Shown here one piece after another: positions 48,793 to 57,511 of a stretch of DNA of 64,000 nt (position 1 is its first letter; each line of letters starts with the position of its first letter). The DNA is from Candidatus Woesebacteria bacterium. GTDB taxonomy: Bacteria; Patescibacteriota; Microgenomatia; UBA8517. Both the position numbers and the translations under genes were made by a program. Below the pieces are notes generated by a model. The model worked only from the letters and a program-made list of their open reading frames with translations, made no database searches and was not told the DNA's origin. The stretch is taken from NCBI GenBank assembly GCA_020061305.1, contig JAGUYM010000014.1, forward strand, positions 49,372-113,371, written 5' to 3'.

Positions 48793-49458
48793 TCAATTTT
48801 TATAATCTAAATTTTGATGAAAAACCTTTGATCTTCTCGAGCCTACTGTCAACAACGGTCCTTTGTGGTCAGCCGTTTCTATTAAAGAATTTCCTTGCAT
48901 AAAAATATCAGGTAGGTTTTGCCAAAAAGCAGGAGCACAGAGAGTCAAACTTATTACTGGACATTCTTTTTTTACATACTTTTTCCATTTCTCATAATAT
49001 TTATATTTTAAGAATCCTTCTTGGTCTTGTAAAAGATTGAACACTGCTTTTATTGCAGGTTCTGTGTGTCTTGAAAATGCTATTATATGAACTGGTTTCT
49101 TTGTTAGGTTGGTTGCACTTTCTATAGCCATAGAAACCCCGACCGATAACCATGACCATGCAAGCATGTTGGACTCGTCTCGTTGATCGTTTACTGTGAG
49201 TAATGTCTCTGCCCCTGTTTTGTTTGCCAATTCTTTAGCCATATTAGTGAAACTTTCTCCAATATTATTTACTGTATGACCGAAACCGGGGACTAATATA
49301 ATGGATTGGTATTGATTAGGAGATTTAGTCTTATAAGTGTTAATTTCCCAGCCAGGATGAAAAGCTGAAATGTTATCTGTTAAACCATTAAGTCCAGGCT
49401 CTTCTGACAAGGGATGACCCGATATTTTGACATGTCTGGTATGCGTAATCTCTGTCAT
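48793..49458 (-). CDS. hypothetical protein (possibly alpha/beta-fold)
   Basis: 221 aa. ILVPGFGHT resembles a hydrolase oxyanion loop, but no GxSxG nucleophile is seen. Confidence 0.35.
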   Translation of the reverse strand: MTEITHTRHVKISGHPLSEEPGLNGLTDNISAFHPGWEINTYKTKSPNQYQSIILVPGFGHTVNNIGESFTNMAKELANKTGAETLLTVNDQRDESNMLAWSWLSVGVSMAIESATNLTKKPVHIIAFSRHTEPAIKAVFNLLQDQEGFLKYKYYEKWKKYVKKECPVISLTLCAPAFWQNLPDIFMQGNSLIETADHKGPLLTVGSRRSKVFHQNLDYKN

Positions 49459-49811
49459 TTTAATATTGAAATGTTTTTAATTCTGGTGATCCAAACATTT
49501 GCAAATTCTTCAGCCTCCATTTTTTTTAATGCTAACCTTATTCCCTCTTTTTCCATCTGTTTTTCAAGAATTGCAATTGTTGCTGACGAAACCTTTAAAT
49601 TGTTTTTTATGTTTTCGTAACTTCTTCGCTTTTTGAGCCAATAAAAAATAGCCAATCTTTTAGAGTAAGTTTCCAGCTCGATATCATTAAAAAAGTCCGT
49701 GAAAAAGGTTTCTTTTTCATCGATGTTTTTCATGTCATCAATGGTTTGAATAAAACTTTTTATGATAGTTTTTTTTAAAGAGGGAGACAAACTATTTTTT
49801 GATATTCTCAT
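49455..49811 (-). CDS. YerC/YecD-like TrpR-related regulator
   Basis: 118 aa with ...ETYSKRLAIFYWLKKRRSYENIKNNLKVSSATIAILEK..., matching the TrpR-like HTH of the YerC family. Confidence 0.6.
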   Translation of the reverse strand: MRISKNSLSPSLKKTIIKSFIQTIDDMKNIDEKETFFTDFFNDIELETYSKRLAIFYWLKKRRSYENIKNNLKVSSATIAILEKQMEKEGIRLALKKMEAEEFANVWITRIKNISILK

Positions 49812-50151
49812 AGACTAGAGCGATTATACCAAGACCTGTTAGTAATACAAAATTTATAATATTTCCCACTCCCAAAATCCTTAGTATCAGAAAAATTATT
49901 AAAACCAAAGAAACAATAAATCCCTTTTTTGCGTTGCCAATAACAAGTGAAAAAGTAAATAGAAATAAGGCAAAAAGTAATAAGAAAAATATAAAGATAA
50001 CAAGAAAGTTATCTGGGGAAGTAAAATAAACAAGATTTAGAATTGTTAAAATTAGCAATAATATTACAACAAGAGTTGGTAAAAAATTCTTTCGCCTCAA
50101 TGTATTTACCCTCACACCAATTTTATTATGTTTATTTAAATTACTTATCAT
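49792..50151 (-). CDS. small 3-TM membrane protein
   Basis: 119-aa hydrophobic ORF. Confidence 0.3.
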   Translation of the reverse strand: MISNLNKHNKIGVRVNTLRRKNFLPTLVVILLLILTILNLVYFTSPDNFLVIFIFFLLLFALFLFTFSLVIGNAKKGFIVSLVLIIFLILRILGVGNIINFVLLTGLGIIALVYENIKK

Positions 50152-50321
50152 ACTTGATACTTTTAATTATACGTTTTTTAAGTTGAGCTAAGGTTCTACC
50201 TCTTAATTTTAAACTTTTTTCTCTGTGTCATGCCTCAGATTCCGCGGTATAGGCTTCGTAATAAACTTTTTAAAATATACATGTAGAACATAATTGGTGT
50301 GAGGGTGTATGATTTCTTTGT

Positions 50322-51218
50322 ATGGATTTAATGCTCATATTATTAATTATAATTCTTATTGTCTTAGTTTGTATTGCAATTTTTAAGAAAGACAAAACTT
50401 CACCTGAACTTCTAGAATATTTGAAAGCTACAAACAATAGGCTAAATGAACAAAATAAAAATTTCAACGAAAGATTGGACACGGCGGCCAGGGTGATTTC
50501 ACAGGTTCAAAGAAATATTGGAGAATTCAGTGAAATAGGTAGAAACATGAAAGATTTGCAAGAATTTTTGAATTCTCCAAAGTTGCGTGGTAATTTAGGT
50601 GAACAAGTCTTAAAAGAACTTTTAAAACAGTTTCTACCAAGTGAGGCGTATAAATTACAATATACATTTAAAAGTGGAGAAAAAGTTGATGCAGTTGTTT
50701 TAACTTCAGGAGGTCTTATTCCAATTGATTCAAAGTTTCCAATGGAAAACTTTAGAAAAATGATTGAGGATAAACAGTATAAAAGAGAATTTGAAAAAGA
50801 TGTTAAAAAACACATTGATGACATATCAAGAAAATACATACTCACAAGTGAGGGGACTATAGATTATGCCTTAATGTATATACCCAGTGAAGCTGTTTAC
50901 TATGAAATAGTTAACAATGAATCTCTTTTTGAATACGGTGGAGAAAAAAGAATTCTTCCAGTTTCACCTACAACTTTCTATGCTTATCTAAAGGCGATAC
51001 TAATGAGCTTTGAAGGACAAAAAATAGAAAAACAGGCAAAAGAAATATTAATATCGCTTCGCTCTATAAAAAAAGATTTTGAAAAAACAGAAGAAAATTT
51101 AGGAATACTGCAAAAACATTTAACCAATGCTTACAATATGATGAATAATGTCTTTTCTTCATTTAATAATTTGGGTCAAAAAATTGATGGAACACAAAAA
51201 TTAGAGACAGGAAAGTGA
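50322..51218 (+). CDS. rmuC: DNA recombination protein RmuC
   Basis: An N-terminal TM, a coiled coil, then the nuclease-like C-domain (PIDSKFPMENF...YIPSEAVYYEI). Confidence 0.75.
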   Translation: MDLMLILLIIILIVLVCIAIFKKDKTSPELLEYLKATNNRLNEQNKNFNERLDTAARVISQVQRNIGEFSEIGRNMKDLQEFLNSPKLRGNLGEQVLKELLKQFLPSEAYKLQYTFKSGEKVDAVVLTSGGLIPIDSKFPMENFRKMIEDKQYKREFEKDVKKHIDDISRKYILTSEGTIDYALMYIPSEAVYYEIVNNESLFEYGGEKRILPVSPTTFYAYLKAILMSFEGQKIEKQAKEILISLRSIKKDFEKTEENLGILQKHLTNAYNMMNNVFSSFNNLGQKIDGTQKLETGK

Positions 51219-51294
51219 CATAATTGAGTATGAAAAATCGGAATACAGGTATAACAAAATTCAAATCAAAAAAAGGCAAAAAATTGTTAGATTA

Positions 51295-51732
51295 TTATTT
51301 AGTTATTCTGTAGACACTCCAATTTTCTTTGTGTGACTTAGGATCCCATCTAAATCCTAATTCATAAAGTTTAGAGAAAAGTGATTGATATTCATCCGTC
51401 ATAGGCGCGGGATATAGTAATTTAGTGGCACCTGTTTTTATATATAGTCCTAAATCTTCATCAATTTTGGCAAACACCTTGTATGGAATATAAGTATCGT
51501 CACCTCTTCCAGCTTCTGCAGTAATTATTTGGATATTTCTTTTTTGTATAACTTTTAAAAACACAGTAGGTTTTAAATTCAAAGTATCTCCTTTTCTAAA
51601 ATCAGGACCAACATAATCATCCCTTTCAATTTGTCCAGTTAACCCAAGGCTTGTTAACAACCCCTCTTGTTTTTTACTCCTGATCCCAAAGACTTTTTCA
51701 AAAAATTGACCAACTGTTGATTGCTCAGACAT
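51295..51732 (-). CDS. hypothetical protein
   Basis: 145-aa ORF with no recognisable motif. Confidence 0.35.
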   Translation of the reverse strand: MSEQSTVGQFFEKVFGIRSKKQEGLLTSLGLTGQIERDDYVGPDFRKGDTLNLKPTVFLKVIQKRNIQIITAEAGRGDDTYIPYKVFAKIDEDLGLYIKTGATKLLYPAPMTDEYQSLFSKLYELGFRWDPKSHKENWSVYRITK

Positions 51733-52020
51733 GATGATATTATATATCAGTAAGGTGCAAAATTAACTCCGACTTATCCTTTTAATATCTGTGTCAAGTA
51801 TCTCTTTTAGTTCACACCCTTTCTCTTAATATGCAAGACTATGACATCCTCTCCGCTCCTACGAGCAGGGTTTCTCGTAAGGCAGGATGACGTATCAGAA
51901 CCCAATTCATCCCACAGGTTTACGTTTGGGATTTTCTTGGGTTCTATTATAAATTAATAATTTGACATAGAATAAAGTTTCTTGGTAATGTTTGATATGT
52001 CAAGAAAGGGGGTGATAAGT

Positions 52021-52542
52021 ATGTTATCAGCAGTAGTTGAAGAATTAAAAAATACATTGGTCACTACAATTCAAGGGACTGATGATGTTTTGACGGCACT
52101 TAGAACTGCAGTCAAAAATCAAGTCACAGGTGCATTAAAAAATGTTTCTGATGTGGTTGAGGCCGCCGTTGTTGCTGTTCAAAACACAGGAACATCTGTT
52201 GTTGTTGCTGCAAAAGAATCTGTCTCATCCGTAGTGAATGCTGTTGGTGAAACTGGTGGTGATGTCCTAAAAACAGGAGCAGATGCAGTTTCCGGTGCAG
52301 TTAAAGGCGCTGGAGAAGTTGGTGCAAATGTTGGAGATGTTGCGGTTTCTGCAGTTGAAGGTGTTGTCTCAACTCTTACAGATATGGGCAAAGATGTTAC
52401 AGAGGGTACAAAAGAAGCTTTGGCTGCCGCAGTTAAGGCTGCAGACGAACTTGGAACAGAGGCGGGATCATCAGTTAGAAACGCTTTAATGGCAACAGCA
52501 TCACTTCCAAAAGACTTGGTCAATTCAGTTTTGGGTAAGTGA
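52021..52542 (+). CDS. A/V/G/T-rich low-complexity repeat protein
   Basis: Periodic (A/V)-x-x-(A/V)-V motifs throughout. The start is set at MLSAVVEEL after the SD AAAGGGGGTGA; the ORF-track start is 51982. Confidence 0.4.
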   Translation: MLSAVVEELKNTLVTTIQGTDDVLTALRTAVKNQVTGALKNVSDVVEAAVVAVQNTGTSVVVAAKESVSSVVNAVGETGGDVLKTGADAVSGAVKGAGEVGANVGDVAVSAVEGVVSTLTDMGKDVTEGTKEALAAAVKAADELGTEAGSSVRNALMATASLPKDLVNSVLGK

Positions 52543-52582
52543 GTAAGTTTGTCTTTAATGATACAATCTCTTTGTTGAATAT

Positions 52583-55411
52583 ATGAAATTAAACAAGGAG
52601 CAGATTTTGGCTGTCAAACATGATAAAGGGCCGCTTCTAATTATTGCTGGGGCGGGGACGGGAAAGACTGCAGTAATTATAGAGCGGATTAAACACTTAA
52701 TAGCTAGTGGAAAAGCAAAACCAGAAGAAATATTGGCCTTAACTTTTACAGAGAAGGCTGCAACTGAAATGGAAGTGAGAATAGATGAAGCAATGCCACT
52801 TTCATACGGTGATATTTGGATAACTACTTTTCATTCTTTTTGTGATTCTATTCTTCGAGAATCAGGATTACATATTGGACTTCCAACAAATTTCAAATTG
52901 ATGACTAAAGAAAAAAGTATAGATTTATTTAAGAGAAATTTATTTAATTTTTCATTAAATTATTTCAGACCACTGGGTAATCCAAATAAATTTATTGATA
53001 GTTTACTGACACATTTTTCAAGATTACAGGATGAAGCTATAACACCAAGTGAATATATTGCTTGGGTAAAAAAACTCAAAGCATCAAAAACTCAAAAACT
53101 CCAAGAAGATGAAAAATTAGAACAACAAAAGTGGCAGGAGTTAGCAACAGTTTACAATGAGTATAACGAGTTAAAACTTAAGGAAGCAAAATTTGATTTT
53201 GGTGATTTAATAATTAAAACAATAGAACTGTTTAAAAAGCGGCCGAATATATTAAAAAATTATCAAGAAAAGTTTAAATATATATTAGTTGATGAATTTC
53301 AGGATACAAACTATGCCCAAAATGAACTGGTTAATTTAATTGCTCAAAAAACCGGAAATATTACAGTTGTAGGCGATGATAACCAATCAATTTATCGCTG
53401 GCGTGGGGCCGCAATTTCAAATATTTTGCAGTTTATAAAAGTTTATCCGAAGGCAAAGATAATTACTCTAAACCAAAACTATAGAAGCACGCAAACCATA
53501 CTTGATAGCGCCTATAAACTTATTAAACATAATGATCCAGATACACTTGAGGCACGCCTCAAAATACCTAAAATACTAAATGCTAAAAATTCAAATGCTA
53601 AATATGAAATCAAGACAATTCAAACACAAACAGGGGATGAGGAGGCAGAAGAAGTAATAAAGTCAATAAATCAGTTAATCATTAAATATAATTACCAACC
53701 TAAAGATATCGCCATATTAGTTAGAGCAAATAATCATGCAGATAGTTTTATACGAGAATTGGAGAGGCAAGGAATACCACATCAATTTTTAGGTCCAAGT
53801 AAACTTTTGGAAAAAGAAGAAATAGTTGATTTAATTTCATACCTTAAAAGTTTGTATGACCCAGAAGACAATGAAAGTTTTTATAGACTAATTTCCTCTA
53901 AAAATTTGGATATCAATATTTCTGAAATCATAAAAATTACAAGTGAGGCAAAAAAGAAAAGTGTTTCTGTTTTTGAAATTTTTAATAATAACAACACACA
54001 TTCCAAATTAAAAGAAATTTTTACAAAACATTTACAAGAAATAAACACAAAAACTGCAGGCGAAATACTTTTTGAATATTTACAAGTGATGGGGATATAT
54101 GAGGAAATTATTAAAAATGAAGATGATATAAAAGCTAAGAATATATCAGCTTTTTTCCAAAAGGTAAAAGCTTTTGAGAATGACAATCCTCAAGCAAAAC
54201 TTCGTGAGGTTGTGGATTATATAAATTTACTAACAGAAGTTGGGGATTCGCCAACTGTTACCGATGGACTTTGGCAGGAGAACAATGCAGTAAATATTTT
54301 AACAATTCATTCTGCAAAGGGTTTGGAGTTTCCAGTTGTTTTTATGGTTAATCTGGTAACAGATAGATTTCCAAGTAGAAATAGGGGAGATGATCTGCCA
54401 ATTCCAGATGAGTTAATTAAGGAGGAACTTCCAATAGGTGATTTTCATATTCAGGAGGAGAGACGACTTTTTTATGTCGGTATAACAAGGGCTAAAGAAA
54501 GATTGTATTTTACAAGTGCGAGGATATACAACGATGGTAAAAGAGAAAAGAAAATATCACCTTTTGTTGCTGAAGCATTGGGTGAAACAGCCAACAGTCA
54601 ACAGCCAACAGTCAACAGCAAAAAACGAATTTATAATATTAACAACCAACACAGTTCACAATTCACAGTTCACAGTTCACGACAAAAAGTAAACTTTTTG
54701 TCTGTCTCCCAAATTGAAACATTTCAAACTTGTCCCTTACATTACAAATTAAAATATATTTATAATTTTCCAACACCATCTTCAGCCTCAACATCATTTG
54801 GCATAAGTATCCATGAAAGCTTAAAACAAATGCTAAATGCTAAAAATCTAAATGCTAAATTAACTCAAGATATTTTTGAAAATTGCTTTAGAGAAGAAGG
54901 GTATGAAAATAAAAAGCACAAAAAATTATTTTTTGACAAGGGTAAAGAATATTTATTAGGATTTTTAAAAAATTCATATGATCCAAAAACAAAAACAGTT
55001 GCATTGGAACAAAAGTTTAATATTAAATTATCAAAAGATTTAACAGTTGGTGGTGTGATAGATAGAATAGATGAAATTTCAAAAGGAAGGTTTGAAATAA
55101 TTGATTATAAAACGGGGGCTAATATCCCTTCGCAAAAAGATGTTGATAAAGATTTACAACTTTCTGTATATGCTTTGGCAGTATCAGAAATGTATAAAGT
55201 AAAACCAGAAAATATAAAACTTTCACTTTATTATCTAGATACACAGGAAAAGATTACGACCATAAGAACGGAAGAAGAGTTGCAAGAAATTAGGAATCAG
55301 ATACTAGAAATTAGAGATGAAATAGAAAACAGTGATTTTAAATGTAACAATTCCTACTTCTGTCAAAAAGGCTGCGAATTTAAAATGTTCTGTAAAAGTG
55401 AAGGTTTGTAG
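52583..55411 (+). CDS. UvrD/PcrA-type helicase fused to a C-terminal Cas4/AddB-like PD-(D/E)xK nuclease with Fe-S cysteines
   Basis: Helicase motifs are present (AGAGTGKT, DEFQDTN, motif VI VGITRAKE). The C-terminus has TCPLHYKLKY, VIDRIDEI...EIIDYKTG and CNNSYFCQKGCEFKMFC. It contains in-frame CAGYCAA and CAGTTCA heptamer repeats at 54589-54684. Confidence 0.8.
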   Translation: MKLNKEQILAVKHDKGPLLIIAGAGTGKTAVIIERIKHLIASGKAKPEEILALTFTEKAATEMEVRIDEAMPLSYGDIWITTFHSFCDSILRESGLHIGLPTNFKLMTKEKSIDLFKRNLFNFSLNYFRPLGNPNKFIDSLLTHFSRLQDEAITPSEYIAWVKKLKASKTQKLQEDEKLEQQKWQELATVYNEYNELKLKEAKFDFGDLIIKTIELFKKRPNILKNYQEKFKYILVDEFQDTNYAQNELVNLIAQKTGNITVVGDDNQSIYRWRGAAISNILQFIKVYPKAKIITLNQNYRSTQTILDSAYKLIKHNDPDTLEARLKIPKILNAKNSNAKYEIKTIQTQTGDEEAEEVIKSINQLIIKYNYQPKDIAILVRANNHADSFIRELERQGIPHQFLGPSKLLEKEEIVDLISYLKSLYDPEDNESFYRLISSKNLDINISEIIKITSEAKKKSVSVFEIFNNNNTHSKLKEIFTKHLQEINTKTAGEILFEYLQVMGIYEEIIKNEDDIKAKNISAFFQKVKAFENDNPQAKLREVVDYINLLTEVGDSPTVTDGLWQENNAVNILTIHSAKGLEFPVVFMVNLVTDRFPSRNRGDDLPIPDELIKEELPIGDFHIQEERRLFYVGITRAKERLYFTSARIYNDGKREKKISPFVAEALGETANSQQPTVNSKKRIYNINNQHSSQFTVHSSRQKVNFLSVSQIETFQTCPLHYKLKYIYNFPTPSSASTSFGISIHESLKQMLNAKNLNAKLTQDIFENCFREEGYENKKHKKLFFDKGKEYLLGFLKNSYDPKTKTVALEQKFNIKLSKDLTVGGVIDRIDEISKGRFEIIDYKTGANIPSQKDVDKDLQLSVYALAVSEMYKVKPENIKLSLYYLDTQEKITTIRTEEELQEIRNQILEIRDEIENSDFKCNNSYFCQKGCEFKMFCKSEGL

Positions 55412-55649
55412 CTTTACTTTGTTACAGATGTTGCATCTGTGATTGATTGCGTAAATTTTCTATTTCGAAGGTCTATCTCTTTGTATGCAAGATTTTGTAA
55501 AATGCTTCCTCTAGCCTTAAGTTTTAATCGCCCCCTTGGCTATTTTGGGATCTAAGCTTTCAGCTAAATCAACAACCAGCTTGCTCCAAAATCCAAATTT
55601 AGTTTTTGATTCAATTACCTTAACTTCCATGTTTGAATTCTATTACTAC

Positions 55650-56510
55650 TTAATGGTCAAATATTGGAAGTTTGTATCTGGTGTAACATCCAGGATAAAG
55701 AATTTCAGTACCACCAAATTTTTTTTTAAAGTGGCTAAATCCAAGCCAAGATTTATTAGGAAAACGATCGTCGTAAATTCCTTCCATGTCAAAAATTTTA
55801 CAACCCACCTTCTTACCCCATAGTATACCTTGATAGAGAAGTGAGTACTGAGAGAGAGAGGTGCGACCTTCTTTATTTGTAAATCCATACACATAATATG
55901 CGCCAAAATTCTTCTCTTTGTGTGAAGAGACTGTGAAAATCGCTCCCCCTATAATACTGCCAGAAACATTGTGCGACGTAAGGAAGATGGAGGTATTGTT
56001 TGGGAATGTTTTTTTTAAACTTAAAAGTCTTTCAAGGCTTGGTACATATCGCTTAAAATTTACAGATTTTCTCCACGTTTCTCTAAATACTTTAATTTTT
56101 TCTGGAGAATTGTAATTTTCAATTTTTAATCCCTCCCCTTTTCGAATACTGAATTTACAGTCTTTTGAAAAGTTTCGGAAAATGTCCCCTTCACTTTGAG
56201 TTAAGTCTATATGAATAGTTTTTGAGGGTAAAAATGGACTATTTGACAACTTAAACCCATAGTCCTTAATTTTTAATTCTTCACCCTTATTTAATTCTAA
56301 TGGTTCGATAATAATTTGAAACGGTTTATACTTTTTACTTAATATCTCTATATCCTTATATCTTATTTCTTTTGGTCTTTGAATTTTCAACACACTTCCA
56401 ATCAATGGCAGTTTTTTAATAAAATAGTTAGTGTTATTTATTCTTTCTACAATCCAACCCTGTTTTGTTAAAAATTTGGCATAGTTTATTGATTGACGAA
56501 GGTCTAACAT
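55650..56510 (-). CDS. FemAB-family (aminoacyl-tRNA-dependent peptidoglycan cross-bridge transferase-like) protein
   Basis: 286 aa with a GNAT-pair-like organisation. It is a paralogue of the adjacent gene, and Fem genes lie next to LCP and PG genes here. Confidence 0.5.
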   Translation of the reverse strand: MLDLRQSINYAKFLTKQGWIVERINNTNYFIKKLPLIGSVLKIQRPKEIRYKDIEILSKKYKPFQIIIEPLELNKGEELKIKDYGFKLSNSPFLPSKTIHIDLTQSEGDIFRNFSKDCKFSIRKGEGLKIENYNSPEKIKVFRETWRKSVNFKRYVPSLERLLSLKKTFPNNTSIFLTSHNVSGSIIGGAIFTVSSHKEKNFGAYYVYGFTNKEGRTSLSQYSLLYQGILWGKKVGCKIFDMEGIYDDRFPNKSWLGFSHFKKKFGGTEILYPGCYTRYKLPIFDH

Positions 56511-56584
56511 AAATTTCTAAAATTGGAAAATTGGGACCTATTTAGGTTAATAAATAATAAATTTCATTTTATAAATTAGGTAAA

Positions 56585-57511
56585 TTAGGCCAATTTGGCT
56601 TTGAATTTAAGTAGCATCCATCTTAATTTATCAACAAATATATACATATAATATAAAGGTTTGTTAATCATCAAGTCCCAACTACCAATAAATTCAACAA
56701 CCTTTGGATTATAACCTTCTTTAAACTTTGTAAAGCCCTTTCCTTCTTCCCTTCCCCAAAGATCGAATGTTTTTAGTTTTAATTTTTTTCCAAATTTAAT
56801 TGCTTCCCACATCATTAGATTGTTTGCCATAACGCCCTTGTACTTATCTGTTGATGCACCGTATGGGTAGTATAAAAATTCGTTGTGAGCAAATAGAATC
56901 CAAGTTGAGATTATCTCACCATTATATTTTGCAACTAACAGGTGAGCTATTTGACTTTTGACTTTTGACTTTTGACTTGGGCCGAGATACTTCCACATTA
57001 ACCTATGATACTTTTCAGTATGTGCGTAAAAGCCTTGCCTTTTTACTGTTTCGAAAGTTAATTTTAAGTATTCTTCAAAAGCTTTATCACTATTATCAAC
57101 TTCTACTTTAACTCCGTGCCTTTGAGCTAAACGAATATTATAACGAGTTTTACTTGAAAATGATTTAAGTAATTCTTCCTCAGATTTCCTCAGGTCAATC
57201 CAGAATGAGGTGGGAGTAAAAAGTGATTTACCCTTGATTAATCCATATTTTTTATACTGTTTAACAATTTTTTTATCCATCAAAACAAAAGGCTCAAGTT
57301 TGATAAAAATTGCATTATTCTGTTTACCTAGTCGAGCTATTTCCTGAACATTTTCTTTTGTTAGATTATTACCTCTAATCAAAGTTCCAATTTTATATTT
57401 TGTATAGGGAATTTTACTAAAAATAATGAGCCCTGTTTTTGAATTTATAACATCATTGCCCCATTCTTTCCTAAATTCTCCCCAAGCCACTGTTTGTAAC
57501 GGGTGTTTCAT
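56585..57511 (-). CDS. FemAB-family protein (paralogue)
   Basis: MKHPLQTVAWGEFRKEWG resembles the FemX N-terminus (QSWEWGEFK). It contains SQKSKVKSQ encoded by (AAAGTCA)x4. Confidence 0.5.
   Translation of the reverse strand: MKHPLQTVAWGEFRKEWGNDVINSKTGLIIFSKIPYTKYKIGTLIRGNNLTKENVQEIARLGKQNNAIFIKLEPFVLMDKKIVKQYKKYGLIKGKSLFTPTSFWIDLRKSEEELLKSFSSKTRYNIRLAQRHGVKVEVDNSDKAFEEYLKLTFETVKRQGFYAHTEKYHRLMWKYLGPSQKSKVKSQIAHLLVAKYNGEIISTWILFAHNEFLYYPYGASTDKYKGVMANNLMMWEAIKFGKKLKLKTFDLWGREEGKGFTKFKEGYNPKVVEFIGSWDLMINKPLYYMYIFVDKLRWMLLKFKAKLA

Noticed and set aside
51830-51930. Annotating the GC-rich segment as SRP (4.5S) RNA.
   Set aside because: Only one short stretch (AAGGCAGGATGACG) resembles SRP RNA. 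The domain IV symmetric/asymmetric loops and the GNRA tetraloop could not be placed, so it is left as an unclassified candidate in the findings.
55412-55649. Short minus-strand ORF (MEVKVIESKTKFGFWSKLVVDLAESLDPKIAKGAIKT) downstream of the first Fem-like gene.
   Set aside because: It is only 37 aa with no start context or conservation evidence. It is possibly a remnant, and not reportable as a gene.
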